A DNA stretch of 64,000 nt from a virus (Duplodnaviria; Caudoviricetes), in IMG/VR virus record IMGVR_UViG_3300030117_007612, positions 96,001 to 160,000 of that record, one strand, 5' to 3'. The notes below the pieces were generated by a model. That model was not told the DNA's origin, made no database searches, and worked only from the letters and a program-made list of their open reading frames with translations. Each line of letters starts with the position of its first letter. Position 1 is the first letter of the stretch. This document shows, piece after piece, positions 1 through 10,187 of the stretch. Made by a program: the position numbers and the translations under genes.

Positions 1-12
1 TGACAATTGGGG

Positions 13-20
13 ACTAGTTA
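13..20 (+). promoter_or_regulatory. putative late promoter ACTAGTTA
   Basis: ACTANTTA octamer just upstream of the ORF at 36; the same motif precedes many virion genes. Confidence 0.5.
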
Positions 21-35
21 ATAAAAGGAATTAAT

Positions 36-1241
36 ATGGCATCATTTTTAAAAAATTCACACGATATTATAGTCGACGCCGTGTTGACAACCCAAGGGCG
101 TTATTATATCGCAGAAGGAAAAGAATCACAAAAAATTACACAATTCGCGCTTTTTGATGATGAAATAGATTATTCGTTGTATAGAAGCAAGTATGGCTGC
201 TTCGGTGAAGAGCACGCTAGTGGGAGTGCTTATTTTGATTTAGATATTTTACAACGACCTGTGCTTGAAGCATTTACTAGGGGATCTGCAATTGGTAAAA
301 GCAAGCTGGTTACATTAGATGGTAATCCCGATTATTTACCAATCATAAGACCAAACTACAATAGAAAAGACTATTTTCCACAAGTTGATTCTTCTCCGAC
401 TTGGGGCGCCGAGTCCACGCGTGGCGAAGCACCGGAAGCCGGCCGAGGAATTGAAGAGGGCTTTGTGGTTATTTTTGATGAAGATACACTGCACAAGTTG
501 AACGGCCACGACTTCGATGAGGGCATAGCTAACTCATACAGCGTGCTGGGGGAAAGATCTGCAAGAGGGATTAATTTTCTAAATGCATTTCAACCAACGG
601 CGACGGACTGTGGCGGTTGTATTTCGGTTGAACACGGGATTGATTCAAAGGGTACCGCAATGGATGTGATATCACCATATGATACCGATGAATATTTAAA
701 TTCTGATTATGGATTGTGGGAAACTGATTTTTACATACAATTTAATCCAATGTTTGGTTTTCCTTGTGATATCGCCGGCTCTCAAAGACAAGGTGGATAT
801 AACACTTTGGGAGAATTTGATCTTGCAACACCAAAATTTGAAACCAGATTTAGGACAGAGGGGTACACTAGTCTTGCTCCGGGCACAATACAGATGATAG
901 CTCCCCAAGAAACAACGCCCTTAGAGACCGTAATTCATGGGCCCAGAAGCTATAGATTGAATTTTAAATTAACTTTAGGCAATGGGACATACGTAGATTA
1001 TCCACTATCTCATTATCCATTATCAATCTTACACAATCCGGATGAATTTGATAGAATTGGGGCACTACTAACAACAGAGGTGTCATTAAAGATATTCGGA
1101 GAGGATGTGACGTACGCCACGGCTATAGCCAATTCCAATTATTATGGATACAAGTATGTGGATACAGAAGTAAAAATTATTTCAGGAACAACAGGATACG
1201 GAGTCACGATACCGCTTAGGTATATAAGACTATTTACATGA
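36..1241 (+). CDS. putative virion structural protein, paralog of 1316..2344
   Basis: Shares N-term DIIVDAVLTxxGR..FAL.DDE.DY and C-term YKYVDT.V...G.TTGY...IP.R with the next ORF; late promoter motif upstream. Confidence 0.5.
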   Translation: MASFLKNSHDIIVDAVLTTQGRYYIAEGKESQKITQFALFDDEIDYSLYRSKYGCFGEEHASGSAYFDLDILQRPVLEAFTRGSAIGKSKLVTLDGNPDYLPIIRPNYNRKDYFPQVDSSPTWGAESTRGEAPEAGRGIEEGFVVIFDEDTLHKLNGHDFDEGIANSYSVLGERSARGINFLNAFQPTATDCGGCISVEHGIDSKGTAMDVISPYDTDEYLNSDYGLWETDFYIQFNPMFGFPCDIAGSQRQGGYNTLGEFDLATPKFETRFRTEGYTSLAPGTIQMIAPQETTPLETVIHGPRSYRLNFKLTLGNGTYVDYPLSHYPLSILHNPDEFDRIGALLTTEVSLKIFGEDVTYATAIANSNYYGYKYVDTEVKIISGTTGYGVTIPLRYIRLFT

Positions 1242-1288
1242 GACATAAAATCATAATGCAATATAAGTGGAAGAAAACACTCTTAAAT

Positions 1289-1296
1289 ACTAATTA
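1289..1296 (+). promoter_or_regulatory. putative late promoter ACTAATTA
   Basis: ACTANTTA motif about 20 nt before the ATG at 1316. Confidence 0.5.
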
Positions 1297-1315
1297 TATT
1301 CAGCGAGGAAAATAA

Positions 1316-2344
1316 ATGGCTTTTTTAGATAACTCAGGCGACATCATACTGGACGCTGTGTTGACTGATTTGGGACGAATGAGAATGGCAGACGGAGACT
1401 TTTCAGTTAATAAGTTTGCACTCGGTGACGATGAGGTTGACTACGGCCTTTACGATATAAATCATGTTAGCGGAAGCGCGTACCATGATTTAAAAATTAT
1501 GCAGACACCGGTACTGGAGGCCTTCACAAATAATACCTCTGTCATCAAAAGTAATCTAATGACAATAGACGGCAGTGCTTTGTATCTCCCGGTGTTAAAG
1601 ATAAACACTGCCGGCGATGGCCACAAGGGCGATCCTGTCAATCCCGGCACTGCCGGCGGCGATGTCTTCTTGGTTATTTATGATGAAAATACGCGAACAA
1701 TGATGGACGGCACAGATTCAGAATCCGCTTCCCCGACCGCCACATCTGTCAAGGTTATCGGAGGCTCTTCTCCCCAGAAAAATTATTTAAATGGATACAG
1801 CCCATCCAGCACCGACGGTCGAATTGTTGTTGATCAGGGGCTCGACAGTCCGGATATATCTAAGTTTAGAACGTCTTATTTAACAGCCGGCTCTATGAAC
1901 TTGGTAGAATCGGACTATCTGATTGAGATCGATAGCCGTTTGGGGAAAATTACCGATGTGAACGGAAGCACACTTCCAACCGGCCCCTCAGATGATGACA
2001 ACATGGCTGCGTACATAATGAATGCAACCACAGCAATGGGAACCAGTTTTGTTAGTATCGATCCGAGCGATGTATACCCAACCGCAACTCCAATACAAGG
2101 CCCTTGCGGAACACGAATTAGATTTAAAATTGATGTCAATGGTACTGAATTAGGCGGAAATGATAATTTGCTAGATAAATTGGGAAAAGACCTCACAACC
2201 GGCGTATCCACCACTATGTTCGATAGCAACATCCTTAGTTCAGGCGGTAGCTACAAGTATGTTGATACGATGGTGAGAGTTCGCGGCATGACAACCGGGT
2301 ACGCCCTTGACATACCAGTGAGATTTTTGAAGAAGTTAACATAA
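1316..2344 (+). CDS. putative virion structural protein, paralog of 36..1241
   Basis: MAFLDNSGDIILDAVLTDLGR..FALGDDEVDY; C-term YKYVDTMVRVRGMTTGYALDIPVRF. Confidence 0.5.
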   Translation: MAFLDNSGDIILDAVLTDLGRMRMADGDFSVNKFALGDDEVDYGLYDINHVSGSAYHDLKIMQTPVLEAFTNNTSVIKSNLMTIDGSALYLPVLKINTAGDGHKGDPVNPGTAGGDVFLVIYDENTRTMMDGTDSESASPTATSVKVIGGSSPQKNYLNGYSPSSTDGRIVVDQGLDSPDISKFRTSYLTAGSMNLVESDYLIEIDSRLGKITDVNGSTLPTGPSDDDNMAAYIMNATTAMGTSFVSIDPSDVYPTATPIQGPCGTRIRFKIDVNGTELGGNDNLLDKLGKDLTTGVSTTMFDSNILSSGGSYKYVDTMVRVRGMTTGYALDIPVRFLKKLT

Positions 2345-2368
2345 TTTATATAACATAAAGAGAATAAG

Positions 2369-3487
2369 ATGGCAAGAATATTTAAAAACTTAGCAGCTGC
2401 AGATAGCACAACAACAAAAACATTATTACATGAAGCAATCCCTATCACTGGGGCGATAATAAATTCCGGAACTTATGCAAATAATAATATTAAAAATTAT
2501 ACTCACGGCATGTTCCAATCAGTTTATGATTATCCTTATTTAAGTTCTTCAGCGAACCATATATTTGATATAACAATGGGTTATTCTGAAACGTCATGCT
2601 TGTCAGCATCGACTAACGTTCAACACGAAAAGAAGACAAATATTTATTATCAAATGGCAAAAATGCTAGTGGGTCATAGCTCATCGGGTGAAATTCAAAA
2701 ATTCGATCCTGACGGCGACTTTAGCACAACCAGCACCAAGATGACTGATGTGTTCTTCCTCAACTTTTCTCGTCTTTTGACAAAAGACGAAATCAAAAAA
2801 GGTTCATTTACTTTAGAGCTTGGCATGGAGCCATCCACTGGCGCCGACCTCCATGAATTAAGAGCAAAAATAATTGATTACAATGCCGCATCGGACTACC
2901 GAGTCAATTCTCCCGCCGGCGAATACGGTTTTTTGTATATCACGAACTCATCCGGTGCACCGGTTTCAGGAACGCACGACCCTACATCTATTAAAGCTGG
3001 TTTAATTTACTATCAAGCCGGCATCGTTGTATTAACTTCCTCAATATTTTCACCAACTGGCTCTAGCCAGATTATTCCTAGTGGCTACTTAAGCAAATCA
3101 ATTGACCTGAACCCCTCGTTTGTTTCAGTTACAGGCTCTCCGCATGCATTGGTTCAGGCAATTACAGGCGGCGCCATTACGGCATCAGCAGACGCGCTCA
3201 GACAGAGAATCTACAACATCTCCTTCAATAACACAACGGAGATTCATTCAAAGATTTACTTCTGCAGATTAGCTCACAATGAATTCAATTACAGCACTAA
3301 TCCAACTTACCTAACCTCGTCCAAGATTGTAGTTAAAAACTCGGCGACGGATACGGCCGTTTCCTATGTTACTGGAATTGGACTCTACAATGCATCCAAC
3401 GAATTGTTAGCTGTAGCCAAGTTGTCCGAGCCATTGAGAAAGGACGAATCAACAGAATTGACGTTAAGAGTGAGATTGGACTACTAA
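2369..3487 (+). CDS. putative tail/baseplate-associated virion protein
   Basis: C-term NYSTNPTY...IGLYNASNELLAVAKLSEPLRK shared with 3492..4706; also shares IKKG...GELI/GEYG block. Confidence 0.5.
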   Translation: MARIFKNLAAADSTTTKTLLHEAIPITGAIINSGTYANNNIKNYTHGMFQSVYDYPYLSSSANHIFDITMGYSETSCLSASTNVQHEKKTNIYYQMAKMLVGHSSSGEIQKFDPDGDFSTTSTKMTDVFFLNFSRLLTKDEIKKGSFTLELGMEPSTGADLHELRAKIIDYNAASDYRVNSPAGEYGFLYITNSSGAPVSGTHDPTSIKAGLIYYQAGIVVLTSSIFSPTGSSQIIPSGYLSKSIDLNPSFVSVTGSPHALVQAITGGAITASADALRQRIYNISFNNTTEIHSKIYFCRLAHNEFNYSTNPTYLTSSKIVVKNSATDTAVSYVTGIGLYNASNELLAVAKLSEPLRKDESTELTLRVRLDY

Positions 3488-3491
3488 TGAA

Positions 3492-4706
3492 ATGGCATTT
3501 AAGAAATTCAATCCAGAAGAAGTCTTAATAAATACAATTCAAGCTTATCCGAAGTGTGAATTTTTCATATACAACGGGCGCATATTTTACAACAAAACAC
3601 CAGAATTATCTGGCGCTTTTAATGCTAACGCTAATAGCGTTCCGACCGGCCACATAAGCTTGTATGAAATGAATGTCGATAAACTAAGTGGTTCGAATAA
3701 TTATTCATACCCTTTTATCACAAAAGACAGCACGCTGTCATCATTCAAAACTGTGTCTACAACCGCTTTTCATACCGGATTTGGATTTGGAGACACGCTA
3801 ACTAGTTCGTATCCGCTTTCCGCTAGTATTACGCGAGAATATATCGTATCAGCCGTTGACACATCAAACAGGAAAAGAATACTAGCATTGCAGAGCACGC
3901 TAGATCATTATAAAAAAATAAGTCGCCATTATGCTTTCACTGAGAATGGTCGACCCGATGCGGTCCCTTTGTATGGAGATAAGGCAACCCAAAAAATTAA
4001 TTTGATTTCCATACCTTCTATTTTTTATGGTACAGAAATCAAAAAAGGCACAATTGACCTGAAGTATTATATAAGTGGTACACTTATTGGTCAAATAAAA
4101 GACGAGAAAAGAAATGGTGAGCTTATACAAATAGGCCCCGAAGGCTCTAACGGATCTGGTTCAGTAGCGGGCGTTGCATTATATAAAGAGGGCTTTCTTC
4201 TTTTAACCGGAAGCTGGGCCTTGGACACAAATAGTTTCAATTACGTTTCCGATTTAACAGTTAAAAATAATCCAGCATGGCTATTCTGGGGTGTTGGTGC
4301 GAATGATGGGTTCGCCCCCTCGGACTCCGGAAGGACAAGTTTAATATCCAGTAGTTATAATTTAGCATTTTCTGGTTCGCAACAAATTCAAACCGTGACA
4401 ATGTTGGCACACGCGAAGATAGGGCAAGCAAATTATTCTACAAATCCCACATATATTAGGAGCGGCTCAGTAGATTTGCGAAACACAGGAAGTTTTGGGT
4501 ACGTTGAAAATGAACACAGAGTCTTAAAAAATATAGCCAGTTCTAGTTTTGCAGATGTTCCGGGCGTTTATGAAAAACAAGTATACATTTCCAGAGTTGC
4601 AATTTACGACAAAGACAAAAACTTAATTGGCGTTGCTACAGTTGCTAATCCGGTTAGAAAGCCAAGTGGTCGAAGTTTAACGTTTAAACTTAAGGTTGAT
4701 TTATAG
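3492..4706 (+). CDS. putative tail/baseplate-associated virion protein, paralog of 2369..3487
   Basis: C-term NYSTNPTY...VAIYDKDKNLIGVATVANPVRK..SLTFKLKVDL. Confidence 0.5.
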   Translation: MAFKKFNPEEVLINTIQAYPKCEFFIYNGRIFYNKTPELSGAFNANANSVPTGHISLYEMNVDKLSGSNNYSYPFITKDSTLSSFKTVSTTAFHTGFGFGDTLTSSYPLSASITREYIVSAVDTSNRKRILALQSTLDHYKKISRHYAFTENGRPDAVPLYGDKATQKINLISIPSIFYGTEIKKGTIDLKYYISGTLIGQIKDEKRNGELIQIGPEGSNGSGSVAGVALYKEGFLLLTGSWALDTNSFNYVSDLTVKNNPAWLFWGVGANDGFAPSDSGRTSLISSSYNLAFSGSQQIQTVTMLAHAKIGQANYSTNPTYIRSGSVDLRNTGSFGYVENEHRVLKNIASSSFADVPGVYEKQVYISRVAIYDKDKNLIGVATVANPVRKPSGRSLTFKLKVDL

Positions 4707-4717
4707 TATAGTGAGTT

Positions 4718-5287
4718 ATGATTCTAGGAATTGATATATCAACAAGTATCACGGGCTTCTCCATTGTCGGCGATCAAAAACTGCTGCATTATGGCTCAGT
4801 CGATCTTAGAAAGCATGACGATCTTTTTGACAAAGCGAATTTTCTCAAAGAACACCTAGAAGATTATTTTGAGGCTTACCAGCTTGATAATGATTCAGGT
4901 TGGGGTGGATCAAGATTTCCAATAACAAATATTTACATTGAACAGCCGCTCCATATGTTTATGAAGGGCAAGTCTTCCGCCAGCACCCTGTCTAAATTAA
5001 TGAGATTTAACGGAATAGTATCTTATATTGTATATGAACTCTTTGAAATTAAGCCACAATACATCGCAGCAACCACGGCACGAAAACAATGTGGCATTAA
5101 AGTGAAGCGCGGCGAAAAAGCAAAAGAAGTAGTTTTAGAGCACCTATTGACAAACGAGTCTGCCTTTAAAATAGAATATACAAGATTTGGAAACCCAAAA
5201 CCTGAATCTTATGATAGAGCAGATGCAATTGTTATCGCGAAAGCTGGCGCTATTATAGAGGAAAAAAATACCTTAAATAAACGTTGA
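4718..5287 (+). CDS. ruvC: RuvC-like Holliday junction resolvase
   Basis: MILGIDISTSITG (first Asp), IYIEQP (Glu), DRADAIVIA (Asp pair): RNase H-fold RuvC acidic tetrad. Confidence 0.8.
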   Translation: MILGIDISTSITGFSIVGDQKLLHYGSVDLRKHDDLFDKANFLKEHLEDYFEAYQLDNDSGWGGSRFPITNIYIEQPLHMFMKGKSSASTLSKLMRFNGIVSYIVYELFEIKPQYIAATTARKQCGIKVKRGEKAKEVVLEHLLTNESAFKIEYTRFGNPKPESYDRADAIVIAKAGAIIEEKNTLNKR

Positions 5288-5312
5288 CACATTTAATTTT
5301 GTGTGTTATAGT
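5284..5312 (+). promoter_or_regulatory. sigma70-like promoter
   Basis: TTGACA-17 nt-TATAGT with TGn extension, upstream of the FKBP gene. Confidence 0.7.
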
Positions 5313-5343
5313 TGTTAAGCAATTTCATTAAAAAGGAGAAATA

Positions 5344-5787
5344 ATGAAAGTAAAAACTGGAAGCAATGTGAGTGTACACTATCGTGGCACTCTCTTAAAA
5401 GATGGAACCGAATTTGATAATTCGCGCACCCGTGGTCAGACCTTGGATTTTCAAGTGGGCGTTACTGCGATGATTAGTGGATTCACTGACGCTCTAATTG
5501 GAATGACTGAGGGTCAAACAAAGACTGTCACACTAACACCAAGCCAAGCATATGGAGATCGAGATCCCGCGGCACTTCAGCCGGTACCCAAGGATGCCTT
5601 TGGAGAAAACTTTACACAGCTTGAAGTTGGGGAAACCGTTCAAGGTCAACGACCCGATGGCGGCTCTTTTTTGGCCAAGGTGCACGAATTGAATGAAGAG
5701 GTCGCAGTCCTTGATTTGAATCACCCTCTTGCCGGCGAAGATCTCAATTTTGAGATTGAGCTTGTTTCTGTTCAAGAACCTGAATAA
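5344..5787 (+). CDS. FKBP-type peptidyl-prolyl cis-trans isomerase (SlyD/SlpA-like with IF domain)
   Basis: VSVHYRGTL.DGTEFDNS, F.VG...MISGF..ALIGM, AYG, DLNHPLAGEDLNFEIELV. Confidence 0.92.
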   Translation: MKVKTGSNVSVHYRGTLLKDGTEFDNSRTRGQTLDFQVGVTAMISGFTDALIGMTEGQTKTVTLTPSQAYGDRDPAALQPVPKDAFGENFTQLEVGETVQGQRPDGGSFLAKVHELNEEVAVLDLNHPLAGEDLNFEIELVSVQEPE

Positions 5788-5792
5788 ATTTC

Positions 5793-5821
5793 TTGACTTA
5801 TTTGGCCTAGCATACTAATAT
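5793..5821 (+). promoter_or_regulatory. sigma70-like promoter (weaker -10)
   Basis: TTGACT-17 nt-TAATAT upstream of primase. Confidence 0.45.
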
Positions 5822-5835
5822 ATAGTTGAGGGCAC

Positions 5836-6774
5836 ATGCATACCAAAGACGCAATAAATACCCTAAGTGCGGTGTTGGGCACTTGTAGAAAACTAAGCAA
5901 TGATGAGTATTATTTCAAATGCCCTGCATGCGATCATCGAAAGCATAAGCTCGCTATTAATTTGGATAAAAATGCTTTTCATTGTTGGATTTGTGATTAT
6001 CGCGGCCGTAATATTCGCCGGCTTGTTAGGCGTTTTGGTACGTTTGCACAATTACAAGCATGGGACAGATTATCAGGCCAAGTTGATCTTACAGTATTTG
6101 ATTCTTTGTTCGATTCGAGCGTCACTGAGCCGGAAGAAATATTACAACTACCGGTAGAATTCAAAAGCTTAGCAAACAATAGGGCGCCCGCCACTGGCAT
6201 TGCTGCCTTATCGTATTTAAAGAACAGAGACATCACTAAAGAAGATATACTTAAATGGAAAATAGGGTACTGCTTTTCAGGCGAATATGAAAACAGAATT
6301 ATAATTCCTTCTTTTAATAAAGATGGAGATTTGAATTATTTTATTGCGAGAAATTATTCCAATGATTATAAAAAATATAAAAATCCCAAAGCCTCTAAGA
6401 ATATCATTTTTAACGAGCTATATATTGACTGGAATACTGACCTTGTTTTAGTTGAAGGAGTTTTTGATGCTATTCGGGCCGGAAACGCTGCTCCTATATT
6501 GGGTTCAACCCTACGGGCAGAATCAAAATTATTACGAAAGATTGTACAAAACGACACCCCAATCTATGTCGCCTTGGATCCCGACGCTGCCGCAAAAGAG
6601 CGTAAAATTATTCAAATGCTCTTGCGATATGATATCGAGGTTTATAAAGTCGATGTATCTGGCTACGAAGACGTAGGTTCCATGCCAAAAGGTGTTTTTG
6701 AAGAAAGAAAAAGCAACGCCAATTTAATAGATAGAGACGATTATTTGCTATTGGATTTGCTGTCCGCAGTATAA
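5836..6774 (+). CDS. DNA primase (Zn finger + Toprim, T4 gp61/DnaG-like)
   Basis: CPACDH..CWIC zinc ribbon; RIIIP..G.LNYFIAR; Toprim VEGVFD and DPD motifs. Confidence 0.9.
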   Translation: MHTKDAINTLSAVLGTCRKLSNDEYYFKCPACDHRKHKLAINLDKNAFHCWICDYRGRNIRRLVRRFGTFAQLQAWDRLSGQVDLTVFDSLFDSSVTEPEEILQLPVEFKSLANNRAPATGIAALSYLKNRDITKEDILKWKIGYCFSGEYENRIIIPSFNKDGDLNYFIARNYSNDYKKYKNPKASKNIIFNELYIDWNTDLVLVEGVFDAIRAGNAAPILGSTLRAESKLLRKIVQNDTPIYVALDPDAAAKERKIIQMLLRYDIEVYKVDVSGYEDVGSMPKGVFEERKSNANLIDRDDYLLLDLLSAV

Positions 6775-6779
6775 AACGC

Positions 6780-6808
6780 TTGACAGGTCTAAATCAATAA
6801 GATATAAT
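6780..6808 (+). promoter_or_regulatory. sigma70 consensus promoter
   Basis: Exact TTGACA-17 nt-TATAAT before the GTG at 6828. Confidence 0.8.
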
Positions 6809-6827
6809 CTATGTATAGGGAGGCAGT

Positions 6828-9800
6828 GTGAAATTTGCACATATCAGTGATACTCACATTAAAAATCTAAAGTACCACTACGAATATCGAGTCGTTTTTG
6901 AGCAGCTTTATGAAAAGTTGCGAGAAGAAAAGGTTGACTACATTATTCATTGTGGCGATGTTGCGCATACGAAAACTCAGATATCACCTGAGTATGTTGA
7001 GATGTGTTCATTGTTTTTTGAGAATCTTGCTAATATTGCGCCAACTTACGCAATTTTGGGCAACCACGACGGCAACTTGAAGAACAGTAGTCGTCAAGAT
7101 GCTTTGACGCCGATATTTAACGCGCTTAATCATCCGAACCTTTTCTTGCTAAAAGATTCAGGCGAAACCATTTTGGATGATAAATTTTGCCTTAATGTGT
7201 TGTCTGTTTTTGATCGTGACAATTGGATCAAGCCGTCCGATTCTGACAAGATAAATATTGCACTTTATCATGGTTCTATATCTAATTGCAAGACTGATAT
7301 AAACTGGACGATGACCAATGGCGAGGATGAAATTGGCATCTTTGATGGCTTCGACTTTGCAATGTTGGGAGATATTCATCGGCGCCAATTCTTAGATGAA
7401 GCCGGCCGAGTATGGTATGCAGGTTCCACAGTACAACAGAACCATGGCGAAACAAATGACAAGGGAATATTGATTTGGAATATTGAATCTAAGGACGATT
7501 GGGACATCGACCCTGTTGTTTTCAAGAATCCCAAACCCTTTGTAACGTTGGAGTTAACACAGAAAGGCAGAATGCCTAAAGGTGCAGATGTTCCGGAAGG
7601 CGCGCGCCTTAGACTGGTAAGCAATAACAACTTGCCGTTAAGTGTTATGAAGCGCGCCATTGACATCGCGAAGCATCGTTTTAAACCAGAAAGTGTTACG
7701 TTTCTTAATCGTGCCGCCGGCGAGCGCGGTGATGTGAGTGAAATCACAGACACACTTAAGACTGAGAATCTTCGTGATATAAATATTCAAGAAGAATTGA
7801 TGGATGAGTATCTAAAGGAGTACCAAGTTGACTCTTCCACAATGGAAAAGATTTACGAATTGAATCGAAAATATAAAAAGCTGGTAGAAAATAGCGATGA
7901 TATATCGAGAAACGTGAATTGGAGACTGACAAATTTTGAATTTGATAACTTGTTTAATTACGGAGAAGGCAACAATGTAAGCTTTGAGGATCTCAATGGG
8001 ATTACAGGGATCTTCGGCAAGAACTATTCTGGCAAGAGTAGCATTATTGATGCTGTACTTTGGACACTCTTTAATACAACCTCGAAAAACGAACGTAAGA
8101 ACCTCAATGTCATTAATCAGAACAAAGAGTTCTGCCGCGGCAAACTGACAATCGATGTAGGCCACCTAAGATATACAGTCGAAAGAACAGCTGAAAAATA
8201 TATTAAGCGCCTAAAGGGTGAGGAAACTCTAGAAGCCAAGACCGATTTAAATTTTGAGGTGCATGATCAGGCGACTGGGGAAACTGTATCTTTAAATGGC
8301 CTGAGTCGCAACAACACTGATGCCAACATACGCCGTCATTTTGGTGAGTGCGAAGATTTTCTAATCTCTTCAATGGCCTCACAGCACGGTGCTCTATCAT
8401 TCATTGACGAAGGCTCAACACGCCGTAAAGAAATAATTGCAAAGTTTCTTGATTTAGAGATATTTGAAAAGAAATTTAAATTAGCTAAAGAGGATTCGAC
8501 TGATCTTAAGGGCGCCCTCCGTCGCTTAGAGAGCAGAAATTACGACGAAGAGATAGTCGAGGCCTCCGCCACCTTAGAAGAGAAGAGGGTGGAACTGAAG
8601 CGCCACGAAACTCAATGCGAAATTTTAAAAACAAAAATCGACGATATTACAGAAACGTGTGAATCACTAAAGAATAGTATTGAGGCGATTCCAGAAGAAG
8701 TTATAAATGTAATAGACACAAAGCGGGAAATCAAAAAGAGAAACATGCAGATCGCCTCCTTAGAATTGGAAGGCGCAGAGAACAAAAACATATTAATATC
8801 CAAAAAGGCTACATCTGAAAAGATCATAGAATACCTTGCGAAAATTGATATTGATGCACTGAATCGACAAAACAGCATAATTACAAACCTATCAACACAA
8901 AGACAAGAACAGGAAAACATTTTAAATGATCTGCTCTCCCAAATAGAACAGATTGAGAAAAAGTCAAAATTGCTAGATGGGATTCCTTGCGGCTCTGATT
9001 ATCCTCAGTGTAAGTTTATTAGAGACGCTAATGTCGCTGTTGCAAACTTGCCACACGTGCAACAAGAAAGAGAAAACTCACAAACTCAGTTTAAAATTTT
9101 AGATAAAAAACTATCAAGCATGCGACCGAAAACAGTCGAAGAGCAGCTTGAAAAATACAATCTAGTTTTGCAAAAACAAAACACCGTTACTCATGAGATT
9201 GCGGATTTAAATTTATCAATCGAAAAAGGTCAAGCTTCAATTGAAAGATTAACCTATGAATTGAAAGAGTTTGAGCAGAAAAAACAAAAATATGAAGAAA
9301 ATAAAGAAGTCATCGAAAACTTTGAAGAGTTCTCATCAGAATTAGCAACTTGTCATGCCAACTTAGAGAAGGCAGAGAAACAATACAACAAATGTGAAAA
9401 TCAAAAACTTGAACTTTACAAAGAAATAGGATCATCCGAAGAACGCGTACAAAGCATAAAAGAACAAAAACAGGAATACTTATCTTTACGGGAGGAGTAT
9501 TCAGCCTATGATCTTTATATGCGTTGCATGCATACATCTGGCATTGCTTACGATATTATTAAACGCAAACTTCCAGTTATCAACCAAGAGATCGCGAAAG
9601 TCCTAGCAAACATCGTTGACTTTGAAATATTCTTTGAAGATTCTGGAAAGAAATTTGATATTTTTATCAAGCACCCTCGACACGAACCGAGACCGATTGA
9701 AATGGCATCCGGCGCCGAAAAAACCATGGGGGCCATGGCAATTCGTTTGGCGCTCTTGAGTGTTTCGTCGTTGCCCAAGAGTGATTTATTTATTCTTGAT

Positions 9801-9977
9801 GAACCCGGCACAGCATTAGATGAAGAAAATATGGAAGGTTTTATTCGTATTTTGGAACTAATTAAAGTGTATTTCAAGAACGTCTTGTTGATCTCGCACC
9901 TTGACTCTCTCAAGGACTGTGTTGATATGCAAATTGTGATTGAAAAGAAATCAGGATATGCAAAAGTAAATCAATAG
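6828..9977 (+). CDS. fused Mre11/SbcD nuclease - Rad50/SbcC ATPase (gp47-gp46-like)
   Basis: Phosphoesterase motifs DTH, GD, GNHD, HG, GDIH; then Walker A GKNYSGKSS, coiled coil, signature SGAEK, Walker B ILDEP, H-loop ISH, all in one ORF. Confidence 0.92.
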   Translation: MKFAHISDTHIKNLKYHYEYRVVFEQLYEKLREEKVDYIIHCGDVAHTKTQISPEYVEMCSLFFENLANIAPTYAILGNHDGNLKNSSRQDALTPIFNALNHPNLFLLKDSGETILDDKFCLNVLSVFDRDNWIKPSDSDKINIALYHGSISNCKTDINWTMTNGEDEIGIFDGFDFAMLGDIHRRQFLDEAGRVWYAGSTVQQNHGETNDKGILIWNIESKDDWDIDPVVFKNPKPFVTLELTQKGRMPKGADVPEGARLRLVSNNNLPLSVMKRAIDIAKHRFKPESVTFLNRAAGERGDVSEITDTLKTENLRDINIQEELMDEYLKEYQVDSSTMEKIYELNRKYKKLVENSDDISRNVNWRLTNFEFDNLFNYGEGNNVSFEDLNGITGIFGKNYSGKSSIIDAVLWTLFNTTSKNERKNLNVINQNKEFCRGKLTIDVGHLRYTVERTAEKYIKRLKGEETLEAKTDLNFEVHDQATGETVSLNGLSRNNTDANIRRHFGECEDFLISSMASQHGALSFIDEGSTRRKEIIAKFLDLEIFEKKFKLAKEDSTDLKGALRRLESRNYDEEIVEASATLEEKRVELKRHETQCEILKTKIDDITETCESLKNSIEAIPEEVINVIDTKREIKKRNMQIASLELEGAENKNILISKKATSEKIIEYLAKIDIDALNRQNSIITNLSTQRQEQENILNDLLSQIEQIEKKSKLLDGIPCGSDYPQCKFIRDANVAVANLPHVQQERENSQTQFKILDKKLSSMRPKTVEEQLEKYNLVLQKQNTVTHEIADLNLSIEKGQASIERLTYELKEFEQKKQKYEENKEVIENFEEFSSELATCHANLEKAEKQYNKCENQKLELYKEIGSSEERVQSIKEQKQEYLSLREEYSAYDLYMRCMHTSGIAYDIIKRKLPVINQEIAKVLANIVDFEIFFEDSGKKFDIFIKHPRHEPRPIEMASGAEKTMGAMAIRLALLSVSSLPKSDLFILDEPGTALDEENMEGFIRILELIKVYFKNVLLISHLDSLKDCVDMQIVIEKKSGYAKVNQ

Positions 9978-9989
9978 GAGGTGCACGTG

Positions 9990-10187
9990 ATGGCACAAAC
10001 AAAAGCATTTTTAGACACATGGTTGTCAAAGTTGACCTCTCGGAAACTTATGGTCTGGATAACAGCCACTGCCCTTACTTACGTGGGTCATGTGAGCAGC
10101 GAAGATTGGGTTATAATTTCTGCAATTTATATTGGCGGCCAAACAATAATCGATGGCATTGCTCGCCTCCGGGGTCATAATGATTAA
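9990..10187 (+). CDS. small two-TM membrane protein, holin-like
   Basis: SRKLMVWITATAL and WVIISAIYIGG hydrophobic segments; SD GGAGG favours ATG 9990. Confidence 0.45.
   Translation: MAQTKAFLDTWLSKLTSRKLMVWITATALTYVGHVSSEDWVIISAIYIGGQTIIDGIARLRGHND

Noticed and set aside
9981-9992. Lambda S-type dual-start motif (GTG CAC GTG ATG) in the holin-like gene
   Set aside because: The SD position fits only ATG 9990 and no charged residue lies between the starts.
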